Assembly: GCA_964187785.1 (NCBI GenBank)
Contig: OZ076409.1
Span: 69,504,001-69,568,000 of the forward strand
Direction of reading: 5' to 3'
Length of the DNA stretch: 64,000 bases
Source of the DNA: Amphiscolops sp. MND2022
Lineage: Eukaryota
Shown here: positions 23,801 to 34,151 of the stretch, piece by piece
Position numbering within the stretch: position 1 is the first letter of the stretch
How the letters are laid out: each line of letters begins with the position of its first letter
Notes under the pieces: model-generated
Databases searched by the model: none
Told to the model about the DNA's origin: nothing
The model's input: only the letters and a program-made list of their open reading frames with translations
Translations under genes and position numbers: made by a program

Positions 23801-26800
23801 CTGCACAAGTGCTTCGACATGTCGACATTGCAAAAAACGGCATCATTCGTTGATTCATGATGAATCAACCGCTGTGATGAGCTCGGCTGATCAAACTTCT
23901 CAAAGTTTTCAGTTACGCTACTCAAATAGTCAAACTATTCTCGCTACAGCACTCGTGCCTGTCTTGAACGGTCAAAACGAACTTGTTTTTTGCCGCGCTC
24001 TTCTTGATTCTGGAGCTGAAAGTAGCTTCATCACTGAAGACTGTCTTCAGCGGTTGAATTTGAAAAGCCGAAAGCGTAACATTACGATTCAAGGCGTCGG
24101 AGGTGAAAACTTAGCACAATCAAATGGTTCAGTTGACTTGACGCTAGGTCAAGATTGTGATCTCAAGGTCAAATGCGCTGTCTTGACTAAAATACCGAAC
24201 GCCCTTCCAACCGCCTATTTTACGACGAGAAACTGGTCGAGTTTGAAAAACGTCAATTTAGCTGATCCAAATTTTAATATTCCAAGTCAAATTGACTTGC
24301 TTTTGGGCGCGGACATATACGATCACATCGTAGTTGAGGCAAAAATTCAGCAAGATAGTGTTTTTCTTCGCGAAACCATTTTCGGTTGGATAGTCTCAGG
24401 CTGCATCGCCGACTGTCAGCGTTTGAATCGGGTTCGAACTTTTCATGTTGTCGTTGATGATTTCGACTTGAGCAAATTTTGGCAATTAGAAGAAGTGCCA
24501 AAATATCAAAAACTTTCCGCAGAAGAAATTGCTTGTGAAAAGCACTTCGTTGAAACTACTAAGCGTCTTGCAAATGGCAGATTTCAAGTAGAATTGCCGT
24601 TCAAAAACGAAACACCTCCTAATCTCGACTTCACGCTTTCAACGGCGTCTCGCCGCTTCACGCTTTTGGAAAAACGTTTCCTCAAAAATGACCAACTGAA
24701 AAACGACTATTGCGCCTTCATCAAAGAATTTGTCGATCTAGGTCATCTAGAAAAAGTTCCAAAGGATGAACTTGTAAAAATTCCCTCTCATGTCGCTTAC
24801 CTTCCTCATCACGCTGTCTTCAAACAAAGCAGCACTACAACCAAAACTAGAGTTGTTTTTGACGGCTCCGCTCAAAAGCAAAACATCTCTTTGAACAATT
24901 CTCTAATGGTAGGTCCTAAAATTCAGGACGACCTTTTCAAAATTCTACTTCGCTTCAGAAAACACAAAATCGCGCTCTCAGCCGACATAACTAAAATGTA
25001 TCGGCAAATTGCATTAGAAAAATCCGCTAAAGACTTCCATCGCATTGTGTGGCGATGGAACGCAAACGATGTGTTAGAACACTTCCGCATGACGAGGGTG
25101 ACTTACGGTATCGCCTCTTCGTCTTTTCACTCTATTCGCTCACTTTTTGAAGCCGCGAGGGTTAATTTTGATGAAATTGCCTCACCAATTATAGAACGCG
25201 ACTTTTACGTAGACGACTTAGTCACTGGCGCTGACAGTGTTTCCGAAGGCATAGAAATGTTCCAAAGGATTTTCGAATGTCTTAAAAACTCATGTTTTGA
25301 AATTCGGAAGTGGTCCTCAAACTCAATGGAAGTTCTTGATTCCATTCCAGCTCCTCTTCACGAAACTGAGAATCTCCGCTTTGACAAATCTCACGCAGTA
25401 AAAGAGGTAGGCGTTCAGTGGAACCCCAGCAAAGACGTTTTGTTTTTCGAAGCATTTAGCATTCCGCAACAACCGCTAACAAAACGATTACTTTTGTCCG
25501 ACTCATCTCGCATTTTTGATCCCCTTGGGCTCCTCGCCCCAGTCGTAATTAAATTAAAATGTTTCTTTCAAGAATCTTGGCGCCTAAAACTCGATTGGGA
25601 CGATTTGCTTCCCGAATCTTTGATAAAAACGTGGCTGATTTTTCGCGAATCTCTCTGTGATTTGAATATCCTGAAAATTCCTCGTCGCATTCTTTGCGAA
25701 AACTTTGAAGCAGCAGAATTGCACATTTTTTGCGACGCTTCAGAATCCGCATATGCTAGTGTAGCATATATTGTTTCAAAAAATTCCGATGGCTTCCATT
25801 CCCACATGCTTTGCTCTAAGACACGCGTCGCTCCTATTAAAACCATTCCGGTACCGAGACTTGAACTCTGCGCGGCTCTGCTTGGCTCAACACTATGTGG
25901 AGTCATCCTCGCAACACTAAACCCTATTTTGAAAATCGACTCCGTATTTGCATGGTCCGACTCAACTGTAGCGCTAAGTTGGATCAAAAGCACTCCAAAA
26001 CGTTGGTCAAATTTTGTCGCCAATCGCGTCGCAAAAATTCAAGATGAAATTCCCAGTAAAAATTGGAACCACATTCCATCCGAGGAAAACCCCGCAGATG
26101 TTGCCACGAGAGGTCAGACCGTATCCGCTTTAGCAAAAAAATCATTGTGGTGGAAAGGACCAACATTTTTGATGAGCCGCGACTCTTGGCCCAAAACACG
26201 TCCATTTTTGAAACGGATCTAGAGCAGCGCAAAAAGAGCAGCGATTTGAAACGGATCTAGAGCAGAGAACGCTTCTCTAATTTTTCGCGGTTACAGCGAA
26301 CCTTTGCTTATGTCTATAGATTCATAGATAATCTTCGCTCGAAGACAAAAAACTTTGAGCCCTTATCGTCGTCGGAACTTAAACGCGCTTTGTTCAATTT
26401 AGCAAAAATTGCACAAAATCAAGACTTCGCTCCTGAAATTGAAACCTTCGGAACGGCATGTCACTTCCTTCAAAATCTAGACTTTTGAAACTCTCAGCTT
26501 TTCTGAATAATGAAGGTTTAGTCGCTGTTGGCGGCCGACTAAACTATTCAGAGCTACCCGACACCACAAAGAATCCTATACTTTTGAGTAATGATTCTCA
26601 TCTTTCATATTTACTTGTGAAAAACGCTCATCATAAAACACTACACGGTTCGATGGACCTAACAATTGCCCATCTTCGTCAGTTTTTCTGGATTTTGAAC
26701 GTCCGTGACCTAGTTCGAAAGGTCTTACACAATTGCGTGGTCTGTATTCGATATGCGCGATCGAAAAAACCACCCATAATGGGCGATTTACCCTTAGAAC

Positions 26801-29800
26801 GTGTTAAACCCAGCAAACCGTTCACTCATGTTGGTGTTGATTTTGCGGGTCCTTTTGAACTTAGAAAATCAAAACGCGCAAACAAATCCGAGAAAGTTTA
26901 TCTTTGCTTATTCGTTTGCTTCGCCACAAAAGCAATTCACCTCGAAATTGTCACTTCGCTCTCAACGCCTGATTTTATTGCTTGTCTTCGACGCTTCATT
27001 GCTCGACGCGGCCTACCGTCCGACTTTTTCTCCGACAACGGAACGAACTTCGTAGGTGCTTCTAACGAACTTCGTAAGCTTCTAGAACTTGTGAAAACAG
27101 AAAATGTGAAAAATTTCATCGCCGAAAACAAGTGTAAGTGGAATTTCATTCCACCGTCTTCGCCGCACTTCGGTGGCTTGTGGGAAGCTGGCGTCAAATC
27201 AGCTAAATCACACTTGCGTAAGATCGTTGGTAGCACGCCACTCAGTCTAGAGGAATTAAACACTGTTTTTTGCCAAATAGAAGCTTGTCTTAACTCGCGT
27301 CCCCTCTGTCAGCTCTCAACAGATCCCAGAGACTCAAACACGTTGACGCCAGGCCATTTCTTGACTGGAGCACCACTTCTGGCTTTTCCAGACGACTGCA
27401 CAAACAACATGCTGGGCCACACAAAACGCTGGGAACTTATTCAGAAGCTCGTACACACCTTCTGGCGACGTTGGCAAACAGAATACATTGCAAATCTCCA
27501 ACCTCGAACAAAATGGTTCAACAACAGTTCAGAGATCTTCAAGGTCAACGACGTGGTCCTGGTCACAGAACACTGTAACCCAGCCAACTGGCCCATAGCA
27601 AAAATTGTCAAGTTACACGCAGGCAACGATAATGTGGTCAGAGTGGTGTCAACACTTCGGAATGGCAAAACTTTTCTTCGACCTGTGGTGAAATTGCGAC
27701 GCCTTCCTACACGGGACGAAAATTGAACAAGCAGGCTCGTTCTAGGCGGCCGGGATGTCACACGGTGAACTTTGCAGTATCAACATGGCCGTTTCGGTCA
27801 CGTTGAACTTTGCAGTATCAACATGGCCGACCGAAGTGAACTTTGCTGCATAAACATGGCCGTCATTCAAGTGGCTGATGCAATCGCCAATGCAAAACTC
27901 GCAGTTGAAGAAATAATTAGTATAATGCATTCATGAAACTCCCTCAAACTTTGAAACTGCCTCAAATTTCACACAATCCTCTACTCTTTAATAATCGACG
28001 CTTTGTTTTGATCCTAAACTGCTTGAGCTAACATTGTCTCATCCTATAAAGATACTTTTTGTTTTGAGTTCCTTAATATCATTATACATAAGTGTAAACT
28101 ATCGTCTTTATGTCTGGAAATTGCAATGATCTCATCATCATTTTCAATTTAAACTTGCCACACGGTCTAGTTTTTCAGAGCAGAAAGCTATGCTTCTCTG
28201 GAGCTCTTGGCTACTGCTTCCCTTCCCTAGTCGGACTCGCAATTCAAGAAAATACAGAACTTTCACTGATCTTTGATCAAAAGTGAACCTTCTGAAAGCA
28301 AATCAAGCATCGGGATTTGCTCGATTAAGACTCCTTCCCCACTCTCCCCCTTCGCTTGCGATTCTAAGATAAGAGAACCTTCATTGGAAACATTGAGAAA
28401 ACACCGTTCACTCACAGCGGGAACCCATGACTTAGTGGAAGTACTGAGTGGTTCTATTGTTTGGTTCTCTTCGAACGGCTGAGTTGATCTCACATCAACA
28501 TCGAGCGTAGCTAAGGCCTAAGTTCTAAGACCAAGTTCTTAAGCTTATCTTAGCTAGTGTGAAATCTTTGCGAGTGAAACTTCAACAAAAGGGCGGTCTC
28601 GACTCAACGAAGAATCGCGAAGCTTTCTCTTGTTTTCACGCGATTTTTTGTCTAAGATAAGACATTGCTTTACTTCTCTAACCGCAGCTCTCTTTAGGTC
28701 TTGTTTTTCTCAACACACTCGTTTCGCGAAACTCTTTGACTGCTCTTTTTTAAACATCGTTTCAACGCGTGTTTTTTTCTATCTTTTTTGCGCTCATCTT
28801 TCGCTGGTCCGCCGTCCCTTTTCGCTCTCTCTTTTAGTTTCTTTGCTACGAAACACAAATCCTTTTCCACTATGCCACCCTTCTCCACTTTTGGTTCCCC
28901 CAGAGCTACTCTATCTTACAGTGATCAAAAGAAAACAGCAAAATATTCAAAATGTGACAGTCTTTAGGAATCTGTATAACAACTTTGGTCATCTATCGGT
29001 CAAACTTTTAAAATCTATTTCTTTGAAAATGATGTAATATTGGGTTTCGGCTGAAACAAATTACTATAAAGATAAAGTTAGACTAATAGTCTTTACTTGA
29101 ATTAATAATGAAAATAATGCTGCGATTCTCTTTTCCACTGTCTTTTAATCAAAATTGAAATTCTCTTCTGGTATTTCATCAAAGCTGGTTTTTTACTTTT
29201 GGTATTTTTACCTTGCGGCATTGATATTTCTCGGAATTACATGAAAAGTTAATGATGCTTCATTAGAGTTGTAATTGAGGATGTTTCTTATGGAATTGTA
29301 GCCCATCGATCCGACGACAGTTGGATTTATAAGAACTTACCTCAACTTTATCATTATCCACAAGCAAAATTCGTCCCCATCTGCGAGAAGTTGCGTATTC
29401 TAGTGCTTTTGTATACCAATGAAGGGTGTAACCATCGCTGGAAGCATAGAATTTGTTCTCAGCTACAACTGCAACGTCGTTGATGTTGAAAAGCAGGTCG
29501 TGCTTGAAGGATTTTCTGAAAATGACTTCTGCTTTCTCCACATTGAGATCAAACAGCTCAATTGCATCTCCTGTAGGTCTATTATGTAACCAAGGGTGTA
29601 AAATTATGTAACTACTCGAACAATTTGCATTTTTTCAAAAGTTTGAAAAGGTTTCGAGGGTACTTTCCAGAATAAACCAAATCTGACGTTTAAGTTGCAG
29701 ACTTGTTTTTGATATTTGCAGTAAATATTATCTTGTGGGAGTGTTTTAGATGACATGATTTGTTCGCTTTGGACTGAACTCCATTTGTTTGCTTAGGCTT

Positions 29801-31721
29801 CTCTAGCTTAAAGTGTTGATTTTACTCCAAACACCTACTGAAAAACTTATGACGTAGCAATACAATCGAGAATTGTTCAAGACTTAAGTTAGAGCACTTT
29901 TTCTCATGGGAGCGGCTCACTATGCAGACGGTTGGGGGCGGTGCACTAAGCCGACGGTTCACTGAGCCGACGGTTAACTAAGCCGACCGTTCACAAAGTC
30001 GACCAAGTAAATTCGTTACATAAATTTTAATTCTTTAAAGAGGTTAGCATATCTGTTGTATGACTCGGTCGCCTCGCTCTCTTCGCCAAGTAGCAGCATT
30101 GAGGCATGGCATATTGGTAGGTCGCTTCACTCCTGCATTTAGGGCACTAGAGGTATGTGGCCATAGCTGACTACGTTATCGTAATGTTCGATTGACGCTA
30201 TTCGGTTTACATGTACACGCATTTGGAATGTGTATTTGTCCAATCAAATTTGAGAATGAATTTAATCGCGCGTTCAGAATGATATTTATCACGCGCTGAG
30301 AATGAATTTTATTGGTCGGCTTAGTGAACCGTCTACATAGTGAGCCGCTCCCAGACGGTTCACTGAGCGGACCAAATAAATTCATTCTCAGCGCGTAATT
30401 AAATTCATTTTGAACGCGCGATTAAATTCATTCACAAATTTGACTGGACAAATACGCAATCCAAATAATAGTATATGTAAACAAAACAGCGTCAATCGAA
30501 CATTACGATAACGTAATCAGCTATAGTCACATACCTCTAGTGCCCTAAATGCAGGAGCGAAGCGAAGCGGAGCGACGTGCTATATGGCCATGCCTCAATG
30601 CTGCTACTTGGCGAAGAGAGCGAAGTGACCGAGCCATACAACAGATTTGCTATCCTCTTTAGAGAAATAAGTTTATTTATTGAATTTACTTGGTCGGCTT
30701 TGTCAATCGTCGGCTTAGTGAACCGTTGGCTTAGTGCACCACCCCCTTTCTCATTGATTCATTTAGTTTTTGGGTTGTTACATTTTTTCTTCCCTAATTT
30801 TTGTTTTAAAAATTACACCCCTGTGATTAACCATGTAGAGAGTCACTTTGTCAGTTATGGGGTTTAAATGAAACGACAAGCCATGTGGAACAATGTCCTA
30901 AACAAGAAACTTGATGAATGATTGAAGGATGCTTGTCAGTGTGAATATCTCAACAACTATTTGGGATTATTAGAAAATTAAACGCTACTTCCGTTTTTTG
31001 ATGACCGTAATGCTTCGAGATCAAACTTGATTGAGTTAACTGTTTGAACTTTAGTTATACATGATTTATATATGTGGTCATCCATGATCATCCATGGCAT
31101 CATGGCTTCTCACCCACTGTCATCCATGCATCGTGGATATCTTTCGATGATCATGGAATAATCCTCAGCATGGCAAACCAATGGAAGGAATACCAAAGCC
31201 TGTAAACCTGGATGGTTACAAAAAAATGAACTCATACTCTTCAGCGAAAGGAGCCAAATTAATGTTTCTTCGATTGCATCGTTGATGAATTTTCTCATTC
31301 AAGCATCGCTGAAGTAATTCGATAGTTTTTTGTATTGAAAACTACGAAATGCAAACGCCAAAACACCTGATTCGTGTCTGTCTCTCACTTTTAAATCATA
31401 GTTGGAGCTGAATTTCAGTCTTGTGACGTTTTTCGATGGTTGGTTGAAATCAAACATGTACAATCCAGGGTCTTTGATAGCACTCGTGTTGTGGAAACCT
31501 TCAAGCTTATATCCTGACGTCATTATTGCGACTCCATTCGGCAGAACTACTATCTTTTCGGCTCCGAACTCAATTCCTTCAACTACTCGACAAGGACCAG
31601 GGTAGTGGTTGTATAAAACTCTTTGCAGACCCAGACTATTGTAAATGTCGAAGAAATTGTAAACTGCTAAGGAAAGAATGAGAATAAAAAGCGGAGTAAC
31701 TGCTTTTCCGCAAAACGTCAT
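20845..31721 (-). CDS. PON: Paraoxonase/arylesterase (Ca-dependent six-bladed beta-propeller lactonase), complete, ~374-376 aa. Exons 31721-31389, 30897-~30820, ~29575-29341, 21411-21207, 21122-20845
   Basis: Spliced translation is collinear with PON1 as recalled: N-terminal hydrophobic helix, C42, E53 (GAE), H115 (PHG), H134 (VNH), N168/D169 (INDV), N224 (PNG), D269/N270 (VDNI), H285 (THP), SQVLRL, LLIGSV, C353 (VHCE). Introns 1, 3 and 4 are GT-AG with consistent phases (0, 0, 1). The intron 2 junction is ambiguous (see findings). Confidence 0.93.
21565..22664 (+). repeat. BEL/Pao 5' LTR
   Basis: Direct repeat of 27756-28855 with roughly 15 differences by eye. Three short GTGAACTTTGC..ATCAACATGGCCG units at its start. 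Confidence 0.97.
22692..27726 (+). pseudogene. gag-pol: BEL/Pao gag-pol polyprotein (Gag, 3 Zn knuckles, PR, RT, RNase H, IN), disrupted
   Basis: KLPKLDLPSFSG; CPFC..H..C, CFNC..H..C, CRHC..HH..H; LLDSGA; FYVDD; FCDAS/ELCAA/WSDS/NPAD; IN HH-CC, DFAGP, SDNGTNF, GLWEAG. Frameshift near 22960 and a rearranged/deleted segment at ~26200-26457. Confidence 0.95.
27756..28855 (+). repeat. BEL/Pao 3' LTR
   Basis: Direct repeat of 21565-22664. Confidence 0.97.
29908..30746. mobile_element. MITE (GGG-initiated TIRs, 8-bp TSD TTTCTCAT) with a second, inverted copy of the same family nested inside (29934-30352, TSD AGACGGTT)
   Basis: TSDs read directly: 29900-07 = 30747-54 and 29926-33 = 30353-60. Termini GGGAGCGGCTCACTA and GGGGG(C/T)GGTGCACTA. 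Confidence 0.9.
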
Positions 31722-31951
31722 TTCCTGAACGTTGCAAAGACACCGGTTAACAATGAAATGTTCTTAGAAAGCGAATTGCTGCAATTACATCGTTTGATAC
31801 ACAAATTTTATTCATCAAGAACAGCGATTTTTTGAGCGGTTGATTTGTTTCAACAAGATCGGATACTTCTCAACCCCAGGGAGCCGGGCCCGTTTTCCAA
31901 GTGATTTCCAAATTCTATCGAATGCAGCAAATCTACAAGTAACTTGGAACC

Positions 31952-32219
31952 TGTACTGATCTACATTAATAACCAATAGTATTTAGATGTTTATAGAATG
32001 TTCTAGAATGTACATTTATTTGTTATTGAATGATTGTAAATCTCTACTCCTTCAGAGAGAGAAAACTAATAATCAGTATTCAGTTGACTTCCTTTTTGTT
32101 CTACTCCTAACACCTCGGAATAGTTGTAATAAAGTAAGCTAGCTAGCCTGTCTCTCAGCCGCTTTTAGTAGTTGCGTATAAGACCATAAAAACAATAACC
32201 AACCATTAAAAGCAGCACA
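31952..32219 (+). repeat. Gypsy 5' LTR
   Basis: Identical to 49615-49882; TG...CA termini; contains AATAAA. Confidence 0.97.
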
Positions 32220-32460
32220 ATTTGGTGCGACTTGTAAAATTTTTCTCTTGTCCTTTCTCCTGGATGATTTCTCTTCTCTCAACAATCATACAAATACCAC
32301 TCTCCATATTTGAAATTCTCTGGAATTGCAGTGAAATCTTTCTAGAATTTCTTGAAAGTTTGGTCTGTGACTTTCTAAATTTCATTAACAAATACATCAT
32401 CGTTCGAAACACAATTTCTCCACTACAACAATCAATTTTAATATAACAAAATTTCTTCAA

Positions 32461-32790
32461 TACCGGTTTATCACGTTCTCTAACACGTTGACACGGTTCT
32501 TTTTCCTGTTCTTCTAGCCATACCGGTTTATCACGTTTTCTAATACGTTGAAACGGTTTCATTTCAGACTGATTTATCCATTGTGACACAGTTCTGTTTT
32601 TCTTCTTTTTCCAGACTGATTTATCCAAAGTGACACAGTTCTGTTCTCCATACTGATTTATCACAGCTAATCCGGAAGCTTGTTGAAACAGTTCCTTGAT
32701 GCTTGTCTGGTTTATCAAGGTTTTCTAACATCTTTGACACAGCAACATTTGTCTGGTTTATCAAGGTTTTCTAACACCTTTGACACCGCA
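32461..32790. repeat. Short tandem duplications (60-, 47- and 47-bp periods) in the provirus leader
   Basis: TACCGGTTTATCACGTT x2; CAGACTGATTTATCCA..GTGACACAGTTCTGTT x2; TGTCTGGTTTATCAAGGTTTTCTAACA.CTTTGACAC x2. Confidence 0.85.
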
Positions 32791-34151
32791 CCTTTCTTCA
32801 ATCCTGCTATCTTGAACGTCAGGTGGACTCCTGGTGTAATAGTTGACTGAGTGCATGTCTAACTCCGTTCACCTATAAGCACATACGTCTCAAGATCAAC
32901 TTCGTGTTGGCAGAAAACCTGGATTTTCTACTTTTACATTTCGGATCCCATTTCTACAAAATTTCCTATAAAAAAATTTCAGAAATAGACTCTGAAAACA
33001 AAAACAGGCAACCAAGACTAACTACCGAAAACAACCACGCACTATTCCCTTTCTTTCCCTATTGTCGACAAACAATACAAATAAATTCACAAAACTTAAA
33101 TAATACACATAACTCCAAAAAAATGTTTTCACCAATCAACAAAAATAACAATAACAAATAAACTCAAACTTCCCTTAAGTACTTCTAATAATAATAATAA
33201 TTTTAACATAAACCTATAAAACCATTCTTTTAACAAAATACAACATACAATTTTCACAACTCTTTTGCTTTAAAACTTAAAATAAGGCAGCTAAATAAAA
33301 CAAAGAAAGTAAAGTTAGTTTTCTACTTTCAGGCACCCACAATTCCTATTCCCTCCCGTAAGACTTAGCCAATCAGATAGCCTCACCAGCGTACTCTGAT
33401 TCTAAGACTGACTAAAAACCTTAGTTAAGTGTAAACGTCTTTAAGGAGAATCGAGAGGACACCGAACTACGTTCGAATCTTCAAAATTCTCAGGAAGTAA
33501 AAGTAAAAGTAAAAGAAACAAAGATCAAATTTTGATCTTGATCAGTATTGATCAGACTTTAGATAGTGGACGTTGATTGTTCAGAGTTCCACTCCTTTAG
33601 TCTTAAAACACACAACCCACTTAAAATTAAAACAATCTTAGTTTTTCTGGACGTGTCAGTAACCTTATGTTAGACACCTTAAAGAGATCCAGACTTAAAA
33701 TAACATTTAGTTTCTGTTAGCAATCCTTTGAGGTTGAATACAGATCCTATTGCAACCGCTTATTTCTTCTCTATCCCAAAATATTAACTTCTCAAATAAC
33801 TTCAAATTACAATACAACTTTTATGAACCCAAACCAAGAAATTTATCCTTTCAACTTTTACATTCCACCAATTAGCTCTCTTCAAAACCCTACACCAGAC
33901 GATTTTGAAAGATTAATTGAACGATATCAACGATATTTCTTCTATATCATAAATCAACAAAGAAATTACCCAAGAGCTCGAACTTAGAAAATCTTTATAT
34001 AAAACATTCTAACGTTATAACTTTCACATTACAACATGTGGGAAAAGGTTACAACAGTAGTACTCATTACAACATACAAGTTTTGTGTCTTATTTATAGT
34101 TTGTGTTCTTCTTGAAAAAATACTTACAGTGATAAGAGATAAACTTTAAAA

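Larger units (their letters stand above)
21565..28855 (+). mobile_element. Near full-length BEL/Pao LTR retrotransposon (7291 bp) in PON intron 3, antisense to the gene
   Basis: 1100-bp LTRs TGTCAC...GAAACA at 21565-22664 and 27756-28855. 5-bp TSD CAAAT (21560-64, 28856-60). PBS TGGTCCGCCGACACGGATTTG at 22667. Purine-rich AGGCGGCCGGGA before the 3' LTR. Confidence 0.97.

Noticed and set aside
25568..27761. Antisense ORFs over BEL/Pao pol (and similar ones over Gypsy pol/env and LINE ORF2)
   Set aside because: Shadow frames of real coding sequence.
32206..32718. 170-aa antisense ORF in the Gypsy leader
   Set aside because: Non-ATG start and built largely from tandem repeats; no motif.
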